Shown here piece after piece: positions 36,801 to 48,770 of a stretch of 64,000 bases of DNA. The stretch is taken from NCBI GenBank assembly GCA_001179505.1, contig CDMY01000223.1, positions 98,319 to 162,318 of the forward strand, given 5' to 3'. The DNA is from Vitrella brassicaformis CCMP3155. Its lineage: Eukaryota > Protista > Chromerida. A model generated the notes under the pieces. The model made no database searches and was not told the origin of the DNA. It saw only the letters and a list, made by a program, of their open reading frames with translations. The translations under genes and the position numbers were made by a program. Position 1 is the first letter of the stretch, and every line of letters starts with the position of its first letter.

Positions 36801-39800
36801 TCGTCCATCATCGACTACGAAATGAGATCACTCGCTGGCGTGAGTCAGCCAAAGTGACAATGAAAAGGCGACGAGAGCGACGAACACCACACGCATCCGT
36901 TTTCTTTGTCCATCAGCGTTCGGGCGAGGAGGGCATGACCAAGACGAGCATGACGGGCAAGCCAGTGAGGTTCAAGCGTGAAGATGAGGAGGAAGAGGAG
37001 GCCGAGAGCGAGGCAGAGACGGTCGACCTCGAGGTCTCCCCATACGAGCGGCCCTACCCCGTCAGGGTGTATCGCGCCGTGGAGCTGCCGCTGAGCGGCA
37101 CCACCGTCGCAGTGCTCAACGAGGCGCAGAGCACCATTACATTCGAGTTTTTTATCCTCCCCGACCTGCCACGCGACTGCGTCTTCACCCCAATACCCCC
37201 GTCAGAGCAGAACTTCGACATCATCGAAACGCTGAACCGCAGGCGCGTCAGAGAAGAGGAGACATGAGCTGGCTATGATGCATTTCTGTGTGTGCAGGTG
37301 GGAGCGTGACTTTCGTAACTGGATGAAGAAATACATGGCTTGGTTTCCCAAGGCGCCGTCGAATAGAAGGTGAGCGGCGCAGATAGATGCTTGTAGCCGC
37401 ATCTCTCTCTCTTTTTTCATACACACAGGTTCTATGCTGCCGCGGAGCGCCCGGTGACGCGCAACATCTACCCTCTGCCGTCGTTTCTGTCGCCTCTGTC
37501 TTTGCCCGAGGTGATCAACACGCACGCCAAGTTGTTCCACTGGGTCGGGTGCTTCAGCTACGTATACACACCCAGACAGCTCAGGACGGGCCAGTTCCCC
37601 AGATGGTGCCACATCGGACACCTGCTCATGTCGCGCAAGGGCGGCGTGAATGACCACGCTCTTCTGCTGTGTGCTGCATTGCTGGGCGCCAAAATGGACG
37701 CATACGTATGGAAAGGTAAGACTGACAAGGGGATGGGATGCTGCTGCCTGCTCATCTGCTGTGTGTGTGTGCAGGTACGATCAAGGGCGGGAGCGAGGAG
37801 CATTGCTGGGTCATGACGAGGGAAGAGGACGGCTTCGCCGTCTTCTGGGAAGTCACCACTCGGGAGAAGTTCCACCTGCCCTCCAGGCACCCAACGGAGA
37901 CGCACCTGACTTCGCCCACAGCCATTCCCTCCCTCCGCGTCTTTTGCAGGTGGGGCCACGGCCCTTCGGTTGTGATAGAGCCGCTCGAGGATGAGCTGTA
38001 CTATGACTCCTCATGGCTGCTCAGCCAGAGGAGGGGAGGAATCGTAAGGAAGACGATCAGTCCGGCTGACGATATATGCCACGCTCTGAGCGACTCGTGA
38101 CCCGTGTCTCGTGTCTGATGCACTTTTTGGCTGCCGAGCCGAATGAGTTGGTCTACGATGACCTCGGGAAGGACAACGAGGTGCCCGACCAGAAGGTGAA
38201 TGGTCCGGCAGCCGAATATATACGAGATGTTGTCTCCATATGTCATTCCTGTTTGCCTGTCGTCAATCAGATCAGTCTTGACGAGCTCGATCAGGAGTGG
38301 CTGCCAGACGTCGGATCCAAACGGACAGTAAGCTTCATACAGCAGACGGGGGGGAGACACACAGTGCAGTGCTGCTGTCTTCCCGTGCGTTTGGTTTGTT
38401 TGTGCAGCGTTCGAGCAAGATCGATCGCGAGAAGAAGGACAAGTACAGCACAGACTCCTGCCGCAAGATGCTGCAACGACACCTTGAGAGACCCCCGATC
38501 GCACCACAAAAGGTCAGATTGCCCCAACAAACGGTCGTGCATCCCATCAACTAACTCGTGTGTGCGTGCGCATGCAATGCAGTTTCTGCTGATCCCCGAG
38601 GAGACATTTGTGCCAGTGCCGTACTCGACTGTCGAGGTGGTCTTCAACCATGAGCAGCTGTGGGGCAACCTGCAGAATGCCAACCCAGGCGTCATCACAT
38701 ACGATTTCGAAGACGAGTGGAAATGGAGGTAGGTACACAAACAAAAAGGTGATCGAAAGCGAAAGCCCATGTGCCGTGCCCATGTCTCATTGACCGACCG
38801 GAAGGGCGTTTCTTGCCACCCCGGCCACACCGATCACCAGCGTCAATGAGCTGATCCTCCAGCCGCCACTCACGCCAGCCCAATGGTGTGTGTCCACAGC
38901 CAACAGGCACATGGCTGGATGCCATGCTCACACTGCATCACCATTGTCCTCTTTCCCCATTGTTGTGTGTCACCAGTTCCCGTATGGCGGATGCGCTTGC
39001 GCGTCAGGTGGTGGAGAGCATCCAGCTGGTGCGCAACAAGAGGGGCCAGGAGACGCTTATCGACGAGAGCGAGTCACTGCGGCTGAGGCTTTTTGACTAC
39101 ATCGACCTCCTGGAGTTCCGCATGTCTCTTGACTTCGACATGGACCCTGGTAGCATGCAAAGGGAAGGCATGCATATCAGGATATGCTATTTGTTCATCC
39201 TCTGTCAATGTCCGTGTGTGGTCAGGTCCGGACGAGGACCACATTGGGTGGACGAAGGCTGAGGATCGTGTCAAGTCGGAGCAACGGATAGGCGAGACCC
39301 TCGTGCAGGGGGAGGAGGCCAGAGAGCTGAGAGAGAAGGAAGAAAAGGGCCTGGTGGAGGTGAGATATTCAGTGCACTCACGGATGCATGGAACAGTGAT
39401 GCCATTCACCCATCCATCCATCCGTCCATCCATCAGTCCCCTGTGTGTGTCTCTGTCTCTCCCACCAGTATGATGCCTACGGCAACCCGATCATCGTTGA
39501 AGATGACGTCCAAGACTTCGACTACAACCAAATGTCAATGGCCTACCAGCAAAATCTCCAGGCCCTCCACGCCACCAACCCAAAGATACCCTTCTACCCT
39601 CAACAAGGAGGCAGCACACCCCTCGCCCCGCCCCCCCAGCCTCCCCCGATCAACCACGAGTACTTCGGCGACACGCCTATCATCCCCTCGATGGACCTGC
39701 AGCCGCCGCCTGCAGGAGTGGAGGGGCTTGAGGGTGAGGAGGAGGAGGGGCAGCAGGGCAACGAGTGGATGTCTCCCGAGGCCATGGGTGCTCAGTTTCT

Positions 39801-40602
39801 GGCGCCCCCGCCGGCGACAAGGAAGGAGCAGCTGCAGGAGGAGAGACAGAAGTGGTTCGAGTACTATGAAAGGGTAAGCAATCGATCGCTTGGTTCTTTC
39901 TTTGCACATCATGTGGTCAGTCAGGCTTACAGTGGTGTATATGTACGTGTGTGTATTCGCAGGAGAGCAGGTTGTACAAAGAGCAGAAGAGGTTCCCCTG
40001 CCGGCCGAACCACTCGTTCGTCGGGTTTCCCCTCCACTTATCCACAATCAGTAAGTACGCCACACGAAGAGCAACCAGATCGCCTGTCTCTGTCTCTAAT
40101 TCGCTGCTCCCTGCAGACAAGTCGGAGGTGACGAACTATCTGCTCACGTCTGTGCGCTTCCAGCGGTTGGTGGAGCTGGACATCCACGACATCGTCTTCA
40201 CTGTTGTGGGCAAGATGTTTCCCTGGGTGGGGGGCGTCTGCTCCGCGTGGCTTTTCATCGGATGCCAAGTGCCTTGGCAGGTGCGTGGCGTGCGTGAGTG
40301 GTGAAGGAAGGTTGACTGTACGATGAGACGACACCCACCCTTGATCTGTCTGTCGCGTGTGTGCAGGGTTCGCGTGACAAGTTGCATCGGATAACCAAGG
40401 AGAACAGAGGTCTACTCTTTGTAAGCAACCAGGCCATCGATCTCAAAGCCGCTGCTGCGGTGGGTGGGCCACACATGCATCCGCAAGGCCTTGACGTGCA
40501 TGTCTGTCGCCTTGCTGTCTGTTCATTCAGGAGGAAGAGGAGAAGAGGAAGGCCAAGCGAACGAAGAAGAAGCGGCTCGGGAAGAAACAGAGTGCATCAT
40601 AA
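33801..40602 (+). CDS. Large C2-domain protein with a CEP76/CC2D2A-type transglutaminase-like C-terminal region
   Basis: Acidic coiled-coil N-terminus; C2 motifs FSDPYVKV..RPIYNQTFYY..FEVWHQD..FLG; GGVNDHALLLCAALLG..DAYVWKGT..EHCWVMTR..FWEVTT; VPYSTVEVVFN..LWGNLQ; GFPLHL; VGGVCSAWLF. Confidence 0.75.
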
Positions 40603-40923
40603 GGAAGGGCTGCCTGCCTGCCTGTGTCGTTTTGTCTGTGTCTCTGGCTTTTGGCACACAAGTTAGTAGGGGATGTAGCTGGATGCTGTGTGGGTTGTGT
40701 AATGTAGTAGGCAGGCCTAGTGAGAGCCAGTAGACATTTGTGGCCTGCCTCATCCCTATCGATCCTACCTACAGGTATCGATGGTCATGAGCGAGTCCAT
40801 GCCTTCATGCCATGCCTTTTCGGTGCGATTCCTCAGACCACAGAACAACAGCAGCACACAAAGTCGACAGTTCGCTCAGACACACGCACACACAGACAAA
40901 TGACCAAGCGACAGCGAGTTTGC

Positions 40924-41981
40924 TCAGAAGACGGCAGCCAAAAGGCCGAGAGCAACCAGCACCACCCCCCAGCCCGCAGCCCCCCGCAGCGGGACCCCTC
41001 TGTGTGCGGCGCCCTTGAGCTCGACCTCCGACTCCATTCCGCTGATCTTGCGCCCCTGCAGGTCAAAGACCAGCCACCACTGGCTCTCCTCGCTGCTGCA
41101 GTCCTGCAGCTGCACCTTCTCCCCAGCAGCCTGCAGACACTTGTCGCCCTTGTCTGCTTTGATCTGAAAGAAGCCGGTGCCGGCCTTGGCGCCGGTGGCT
41201 GTGGGGATGTCGGCGACGTGCCATAGGAAGGGGGAGGCGTGGTCCTCGTCTTTGCACTCCTTGACGTCCACGGCGTTGGTCTCGCTGATCAGACAGCTGG
41301 CCTCGCGCCCCTGATCGCTGACAATCTTGTATGTGCCCGCTGCGGGATCCTCCTGAACACAAAGACAGACACGGCAGAAGCCGTCATGGGTTGGTTGATG
41401 TCTTGTGCTGTGGGGATGACGTATGTACCCACCTGCACGAATCTCCATCGTTGCTGTAGCTGGTCGGGGTCGCACTCGCGGAGTGCCTTGTTCTTATCCC
41501 ATGAGTAGAGGCACTTCATGGGCAGCCGTGACTGGATGACGGCCTCGCTCTCGCCGTCGAACCTGCCGTTGACGGGGAAGTCCCCCGGGCAGTCGCACGT
41601 GCCGCCGCTCTCCACCTTCTTGAACTCGTCGCTCTCAGCTGCACAGCACTCCTTCTCATCTGCATACACCCCCCAGTAGCAGCGAGAGGTGCGCTCCTTG
41701 ACGTTGACACACGACATCATGACGCCGTCGACCAGCGTGACGGAGGTGTAGAGGTAGGTGCGGATGCCCCAGGCAGTGCAGCGCAGCCTGTGGTTGCCGT
41801 AGGTGCAGTCGGCACCCAGGTCACCGATGTGCACCGTGTCGTCGTCTATCTTGAGGCTGGCGCGGTGGTGCTCGTTCTTGGACTCGCCCTCGACGGTGCT
41901 GCAGAGTGAGGGGGCCGCCAAAAAGGACAACTGCAATGACAGGACGGCCGCAGCAACCACAAGAGCTTTGTGGAAGAGCAT
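40924..41981 (-). CDS. Secreted or GPI-anchored ricin B (beta-trefoil) lectin-domain protein
   Basis: Signal peptide MLFHKALVVAAAVLSLQLSFLA; three C-x-x...C...QxW-like repeats (LQQRW, PFLW, ESQWW); hydrophobic C-terminal tail with no cytoplasmic segment; one intron. Confidence 0.75.
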
Positions 41982-42219
41982 TATGGTGGTGGGGCGTTGC
42001 TCAGGCAAGAAGGGGCAGCCGAGGTTGTTCTTCAGGCAAAGAGCCACGTCCCTTAAGGAAGGGAATTGTCTGTGCAAAGGTGGGTACCGAAGAAGGAGCG
42101 GCCCTGAGGCGATCGCACTGGGGCCCACAGGAGGATGGGAGGCGGCCCTGATACCGCCCGAAAGCTACGGACGTTGCCAGCATCCATCGGCCATCCCAGA
42201 ATCCATCCATCCATCTGCC

Positions 42220-43643
42220 ATGGGTGAATCTGAGCACTATTCGACAGCCGTGTTGGGAGAGGGCCAAGATCCCGAGTACCTGCAGTACAAGGTGTACTGA
42301 AACATCCTCAAGATCTGTCCATTCCTGATGTGATGTGCTTGTGTGTGTGCTGAGGTGTGGTGTGTGCAGGTGATCATCCTGGGTGATGGTGCGGTAGGCA
42401 AGACGTCGCTGGCGACGCGCTTCACGGAGGACCAGTTCTCCAAGTCGTACAAGCAGACCGTCGGCCTCGACTTCTTCATCAAGGCACACGCACACGCACT
42501 CACACAGCTTCCTGGTCCACTCTGTGCTGTGTGTTCCATCCGTCCATCGATTGATCAGAGGTTGGTGCTGAAGAACGACATCAACACTTGTCTGCAGATA
42601 TGGGACATCGGGGGCCAGTCCATCGGCAGCAAAATGATCGGCAACTACATCTTCGGCGCACACGCAGTGAGTGCAGTGCGAGGAAGGCGAGGCGCCGCAG
42701 GCAGGGCACCCTACCCACGGGCTCTCCCTGTGGCTCGACTCTCTGCCAAACCGTGTGTGTGTGCAGGTGGTGTTGGTGTACGACATAACGAACATCCAGA
42801 CGTTTCAGAACTTGGACGACTGGTTCTCGCTGGTGCAGAGGACCTTCCAGGGCCAACCCATGCCGTCAGTACCTAATGCACACATGACATGACATGCGGC
42901 CGGCCACTTCCACTTCACCTACCTACCTGTGTGTGGTGTGCATCTATCTGCCTGTGTGTGTGTGTGTGTTGGCGGCTGGGCTTTGTGCAGTAAGTGTGTG
43001 TTGGTTGGCAACAAGATGGACCTGACGCACCTGCGCAGCGTCAAGACGGACAAACACAATGAGGTCGATATCTTAAGACACACAGGCAGACAGACAGTCA
43101 TCATATCTATCGGCAGACACACTGCTAATTGCTATTTCCGTGTCACTGCGTCAAGTCAGTTCGCCATGTGCCACAGTATGAAGTCCTACTTTGTGTCGGC
43201 CAAAACAGGCGACCAAGTACCTACCTACCGCTGCACTCAGCCAGAGACCAGAGACCACACTCTATCATTTGCAGGCAGGCACCAACGGGTGTGGTTCGTG
43301 TTGCCTGGCTTGGTTTGCCTTGCAGGTAGCGAGTACATTCTATCGCATCGCGGCTGACCTTGCCGGTGTAGAGCTGCAGCGGCCCGAGGTGGAGGTAGCA
43401 CAGAGGGCCGTCAAGGCGGAGCTCATCAACCACCCCAGAAACGACAACACACTGCCGGAGGTAAATGAATGCCACACATACGGATGACACGACACACACA
43501 CACGAGTGCACCTCACCTCACCTGCATCCGTGTGTGTGTGTGTGCGTGTGGATGCGTGTGGGTGGGTGTGGTGTTTGTTTGTTCAGGTGACGGCTGACAC
43601 GATAGCTAGGAGGCGGGGCAGCAGGAGGTGTATTGTCATGTGA
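42220..43643 (+). CDS. RAB28: Rab28 small GTPase
   Basis: [19 protein letters not shown], the Rab28-characteristic WDIGGQ (not WDTAGQ), GNKMD, SAKTG, and a C-terminal CaaX CIVM. Confidence 0.93.
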
Positions 43644-44274
43644 GGGGAGATTTCTCCATGTCATGTGTGTGTGTCCATGTGATGTGGTTGGTGTGCGGAC
43701 CGACGTGTGAATATGAAGCCGACAATGTGTGTGCGCGTGTGTGGGTGGGTGGTGTGTGGGTGTTGTTCATGTCATGTCATGTTCGTGAGTGAAGTGAGTG
43801 ACCCTCACTCTGTACAGGTGGGTGATTGATGCCCCTGTCCTTCGTCCATCCGAATTATATAATAGTATGACGTGCGTGTCTATACAGAGCAAACCGTCAG
43901 TCCAGCCATTTCATGTGTCTCTGCATCGACCGACCGACCAACCACTCCTCAGGCGGGATGGCCTGAAAAATGGCGGGTCAGGTAGAGGAGAGAGAAACAC
44001 GGATTGGCTGAACGCTTGCCGGAAGCCGTCTGGCATCATACAAGCACCCCTTCATGCAGCCGACACGCCCCGCTGCTCCCCCCGGTGTCAAAAATGTGCC
44101 ATCCATCGGTAGCTCAAGCAAAAAGCCCCCATTCCCTCCCTGTAGTGGAAACTACTACCCACTGTTTGTCGTAGGCCCACACACAAAAGTCCAAAAAGCC
44201 AAGACCCCTACCACACACACACGCCAGGGTACTGTACTGCCCTGCCCCCCTCCTGACTGATAGCGCCTCTCATC

Positions 44275-45177
44275 TCACTCCTCCACCCTGCTGACAGTGG
44301 GGGTGGTGGGGGTAGTAGTCCGAACCGTCCCACCAGCAGCATCCGCCGCCGCCCCAGGCAGGTCCACCACCCGCCCGCTGATGTCGAGTTCGCTCGTCGT
44401 GCCCTCAACCACCAAGGCGCCACTCGCCGTGGAGGGGGTGGGTGTGGTCTCCACGCCGACACTCTGCGGCATGTATCTTGCTTTGAGATTCGTGATGCTC
44501 CGCTGCGTCGGCTTGACGACATAGCGGTCCATGTAGGGCGCCCCGGCGAGTGCCCCGAAGATGCGCAGAGGGCGGAGGCTGTTGTTGAACAGCCACATCA
44601 TGCCCAACACGGTGGGGAACACCTTCCAGTGCAGCTGGCCGCTGAACAGCAGGGCGATAGTCAGCGCCTCCCCCGTCGTCTTGCTGTAGGTCGCCAAAGC
44701 GATGAGGAAGGCACCCGAGTAGGTGATGAGATCAAACACCCCTGTACAGTACACCCAAACGCACCAACACATAAGTGAGATAGATCACAGGTAGGGAAAC
44801 CCAGACAGTCCAGTCCATCTGCATGCGGTGGTGCGTGTGTCCACTCACTCACCATAGCACAGCACGGCCGACACGCCGTAGTCTCGCAGCTTGGCGAGGG
44901 TCTCCGCCCGCTGTTCTCGCAAATCCGCCATGCGCCGCTGAACAGCAAGGGCGAATCTCTGCCGCTTTGACAGATCATCACCCTCGGCGGACTGCTGGTC
45001 AAGAGGGACGGCCGACTGCAGCCACCGGTGAAACCGCAGCGGTTGTGGCGGCCGCAGAGCCGCTGGGCTGTCAACACGGCTGCCGAAGAGAGGCGATGAG
45101 TTGATAGTGGGCTGGAATGCCGCAGTCAGGCAGCAATGGGTGAAACTGACGACCAGGAAGAGGATAAGTGACCTCAT
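44275..45177 (-). CDS. DUF1279/FAM210-like membrane protein with a bipartite plastid-type leader
   Basis: Signal MRSLILFLVVSFTHCCLTAAF plus an S/P/R-rich transit-like region; LRDYGVSAVLCYG|VFDLITY and NNSLRPLRIFGALAGAPYMDR pattern. Confidence 0.6.
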
Positions 45178-45426
45178 CGGAGTCAGGTGCATGGAATGCC
45201 TGACCAGCCGGGACTCTCCTCGCCAGCAGACGACAGTAACTGTCGGGTTCAGCGAGCAGCAGACGCCCAGATCTCCATACCAAACCCGGCAACCCCAAAC
45301 CCTACCGATTAGCTCGCACAACCCTACCTTGAGCTTGCAGTTTACAGGAGATTCTAAACCTTCTTTGCGCTTTTTTTCCGAACCGACAGTCATTTCCCTT
45401 TCTTCATGCCTGCTGGTTGTTTTCCG

Positions 45427-47103
45427 ATGTCGAAGTTCGAGCTCACAGAGGCCCACCTGGTCGGCGAGCGGGGACTCCTCCAGCTCAGCAGCAGGGAGGC
45501 CGCTCAGATGTCCGAGCAGCTCAACGGCACCCCGTTCCGCTTCGCTGAGGACAAGGAGTCCGTTCGTCAGCATGCAAGGGGCAAGAGCGGCCGCTCGGGC
45601 AGGTTCGGCGTGGCACAGTCGGTGACCGGCGCTCTGCCCGTCGATTTGGGCGTGAGTGGGAGCAGTGCCACGGCGGGAGTGGCGTTTGAAGTGGCCAGAG
45701 CAATGACCGTGCCTTCAATCCCTGCGGTGAGCCAAAATGACGAGGGACTCTGGGGGAATTGAAGAAGTGCCTTAAGGCATGCAAGTACGTCCGCTTGACG
45801 CTTCCTGTTGCTTTGCTCCCCTGTCAGGTTCAACCGCGCCCTGCTGGTCCGCCGCCCCGTGCACGTCCGAAGGCGCTGGCCCGTGGGCGCACCAGGGCCA
45901 TCACGAAGCCTGTGCTGGACCCCGATGACGACCCCAACGACGGCAACTACGAGCCGGTCAAGGGCATGGGCGGCGACATCCGGCGCACCGCCCGGGACCG
46001 CAAGAAGTCGAGCCTTCTGCAGGGTGATGATTTCTTTATGGACGAGGAGGAGTGGGAGGGGATGGGCGTGGAGGGCGGCCAGCGGGCCGCTGCTCGGGCG
46101 GTGACTCGCAAGAGGAGCAAGAGGGGGGTGAGGTGTCGGTATGGCTGGAAGAGGAAGTGCTCCGAGGTGCTGGTCAAGCTGGCGGCCGACCCCTCGGGAC
46201 AGGTGTTCCTGCTTAAGGTGAGCGAGGGGAACAAGCGAGATGGGCTGACGGGTGGGGGGGGGGGNNNNNNNNNNNNNNNNNNNNNNNNNNNNNNNNNNNN
46301 NNNNNNNNNNNNNNNNNNNNNNNNNNNNNNNNNNNNNNNNNNNNNNNNNNNNNNNNNNNNNNNNNNNNNNNNNNNNNNNNNNNNNNNNNNNNNNNNNNNN
46401 NNNNNNNNNNNNNNNNNNNNNNNNNNNNNNNNNNNNNNNNNNNNNNNNNNNNNNNNNNNNNNNNNNNNNNNNNNNNNNNNNNNNNNNNNNNNNNNNNNNN
46501 NNNNNNNNNNNNNNNNNNNNNNNNNNNNNNNNNNNNNNNNNNNNNNNNNNNNNNNNNNNNNNNNGGGGGGGGGGGAGAGTGGGCAGAGGCGCATGGGATG
46601 AATGCTTGGTTGCTGTTTGTTGTGGTGCAGGTTGATCCGCTCAAGGATAGCGTGCCTGACTATGACGATGTCATCGAGCGCAAGATGGACTTCGGTAGGT
46701 GAAGGCAGTTTCTTAAGTGAAGTGACCTGACGTGCACTCACCTCACCCCCTATGTGTGATGGCGGTGCTCTGTCCTTTTTTTGATTCATTTATTCATCAT
46801 CAGAGACGATAGCGCGCAAGTTGGGTGGCTTCCAGTACACGGGGCCCCGGCAGTTTCTGCACGACGTCCGACAGATCTACTACAACGTCCTCAAGTAAGC
46901 AGACACCCTACCCTGCCAGACAGACAGACAGGCAGGGAGGGAGGGAGGGAGAAAGACACCCACAGACACAGCCTCAACGGCGTGTGCTTCTCGGCTGCCA
47001 GGTACCACCACCATGTGCACGGTGCTGGCCAGCACAAGGCAGCCGCCTGTGTGGAGCTCGCCAAAAGCAACTCGGCTCTCTTTGAGAAACTCGCCAAGGT
47101 ACA

Positions 47104-47137
<34 letters not shown>

Positions 47138-48770
47138 TGCACACAACCTCCCCATTCACTGCACACACACGGTCGGCTGGATGCTGTCTGTCTGTGTAAC
47201 CTGCCTGCCTGCAGGATGTCCCGGGTGAGTTTGACGTCTTTAGCGGCGACTCGATCGACACGTCCGAGGACAAGCGTCAGGTGCAGGACAACTGCAGCGT
47301 CATCACAGCCAACGTCTTCCACATCCGGCAGCAGCAGAACCACCGCGTCACCTGGGACAAGATACTCAAGAACATCGCAAAGCGCGAGAAGGGCATCGAG
47401 ACCTCACCCAAGGGCATGGACCTCAGCATGGCCGAGGCGCTCCTGGCCAACAAGCGGCCCCTGGAGGACACCTTCCCCTCACTCATGGGCGGTGAAGCCG
47501 ATAGCAAGCGCATCAAGACTGACGGGGGGCTGGGGATGGAGATGGGTATTGGGATGGGGGCCGTGCTGCCGCCGGTCGTCAGCCCTGACGTGGTGGACGT
47601 GACGACGGAGGAGATCAAGTGGGCCATCACCACATACCAGAGCATCGGCGCCCAAGGCAAGACTGAGATAGACAATATCGTAAGACGGCAACACACACAC
47701 AAGGAAGACACAAACAGGGAGGGAGGGAGGGAGGGACTTGCTTCGGTGTGTGGCTGCAACATGGTCAGGGAAAGGATTTCGCTACCCGGTTGTGTTTGGA
47801 CTCCATCGAGGAGATCGAGTTTGCCGCGGCCCCTGACAAGCGGGCCTTCTTCGACGCCGTCAAGGATGTGGCTGCTCCCCTCGGCCAGCGCCCCCCCGAG
47901 CGCATCCCACCCCCGCCAGCCGAGGAGGCCGGCCCTTCTGGTGGCCCTTCTGGCGCTGCTTCTGTAGTTGCGGCTTCTGCTGCCGCTACTGTCGGTGTTG
48001 GTCCTCGGGATCAGTCAGCAGCTGATCGTCAGGCACGGGAGACGCAGGCTGCCGTGGACAGGGAGCTCCTGGGGGCGATTGCCATCCCGAGGCCAGACGT
48101 GGCGGTATGAAATGAGCAAGGGGGAGGGTTGGGGGAGGGATAGCATTGACTACTTAAACAAACGTGTGTGTGCAGAGGATGCCCCAGTACTCGTCGTCCT
48201 CAGGCTCATCGTCAGGCAGCTCGTCAGAGAAGGGTAAGGACGCATAGCGTACAGAGGGCGATCGATGGATGATACATTCATGTGTCCCGTGTGCTGTGCG
48301 TGTCTGCAGCCGACTCAGACGATGACGAGAAGAATGCCGCCGGCAGGGATGCCGGCAAAGGCCAGGACATGGGCGATGATGATGATGACGATGACGACGA
48401 CATCCTCAAGCCTGCAGCTGCAGCAGCATCAGCGGCGGCGGTAGCTGACGGCCCCGCTGCCTCTGGCACCGAGACGCGCATGGACACCGAGCAGCTCGAT
48501 GCCGCCCCCTCAAAGCCCCTTCTCAATGGCGTCGACGAAGACGACCACATGGCGGCCGGAGAGGGAGATGACGCTCATGGTGAGGCCAAGACCAATGGCG
48601 TGGAGGACGTCAAGATGGCGGCTGAGAGGGAGAGGGCAGATGACGATGTGGACATGGCGGCCGGTGAGGGCGCCAGTGCCGCCGCGATCATAGCCAACAC
48701 CAAGGGAGCTGCGGCGGCGGCGGAGAGCACCCAACACGACGAGATGCTGCAATTCGATGACGACGAGTGA
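45427..48770 (+). CDS. Bromodomain protein (atypical), possibly with an ET-like segment and acidic tail
   Basis: Spliced WKRKCSEVLVKL..VFLLK|VDPLKDSVPDYDDVIERKMDF|ETIARKL..YTGPRQFLHDVRQIYYNVLK|YH..LFEK. The gene spans assembly gap 1, which appears intronic. Confidence 0.8.
46265..46564. other. Assembly gap (300 N) flanked by poly-G
   Basis: N run with G homopolymers on both sides. Confidence 0.99.
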
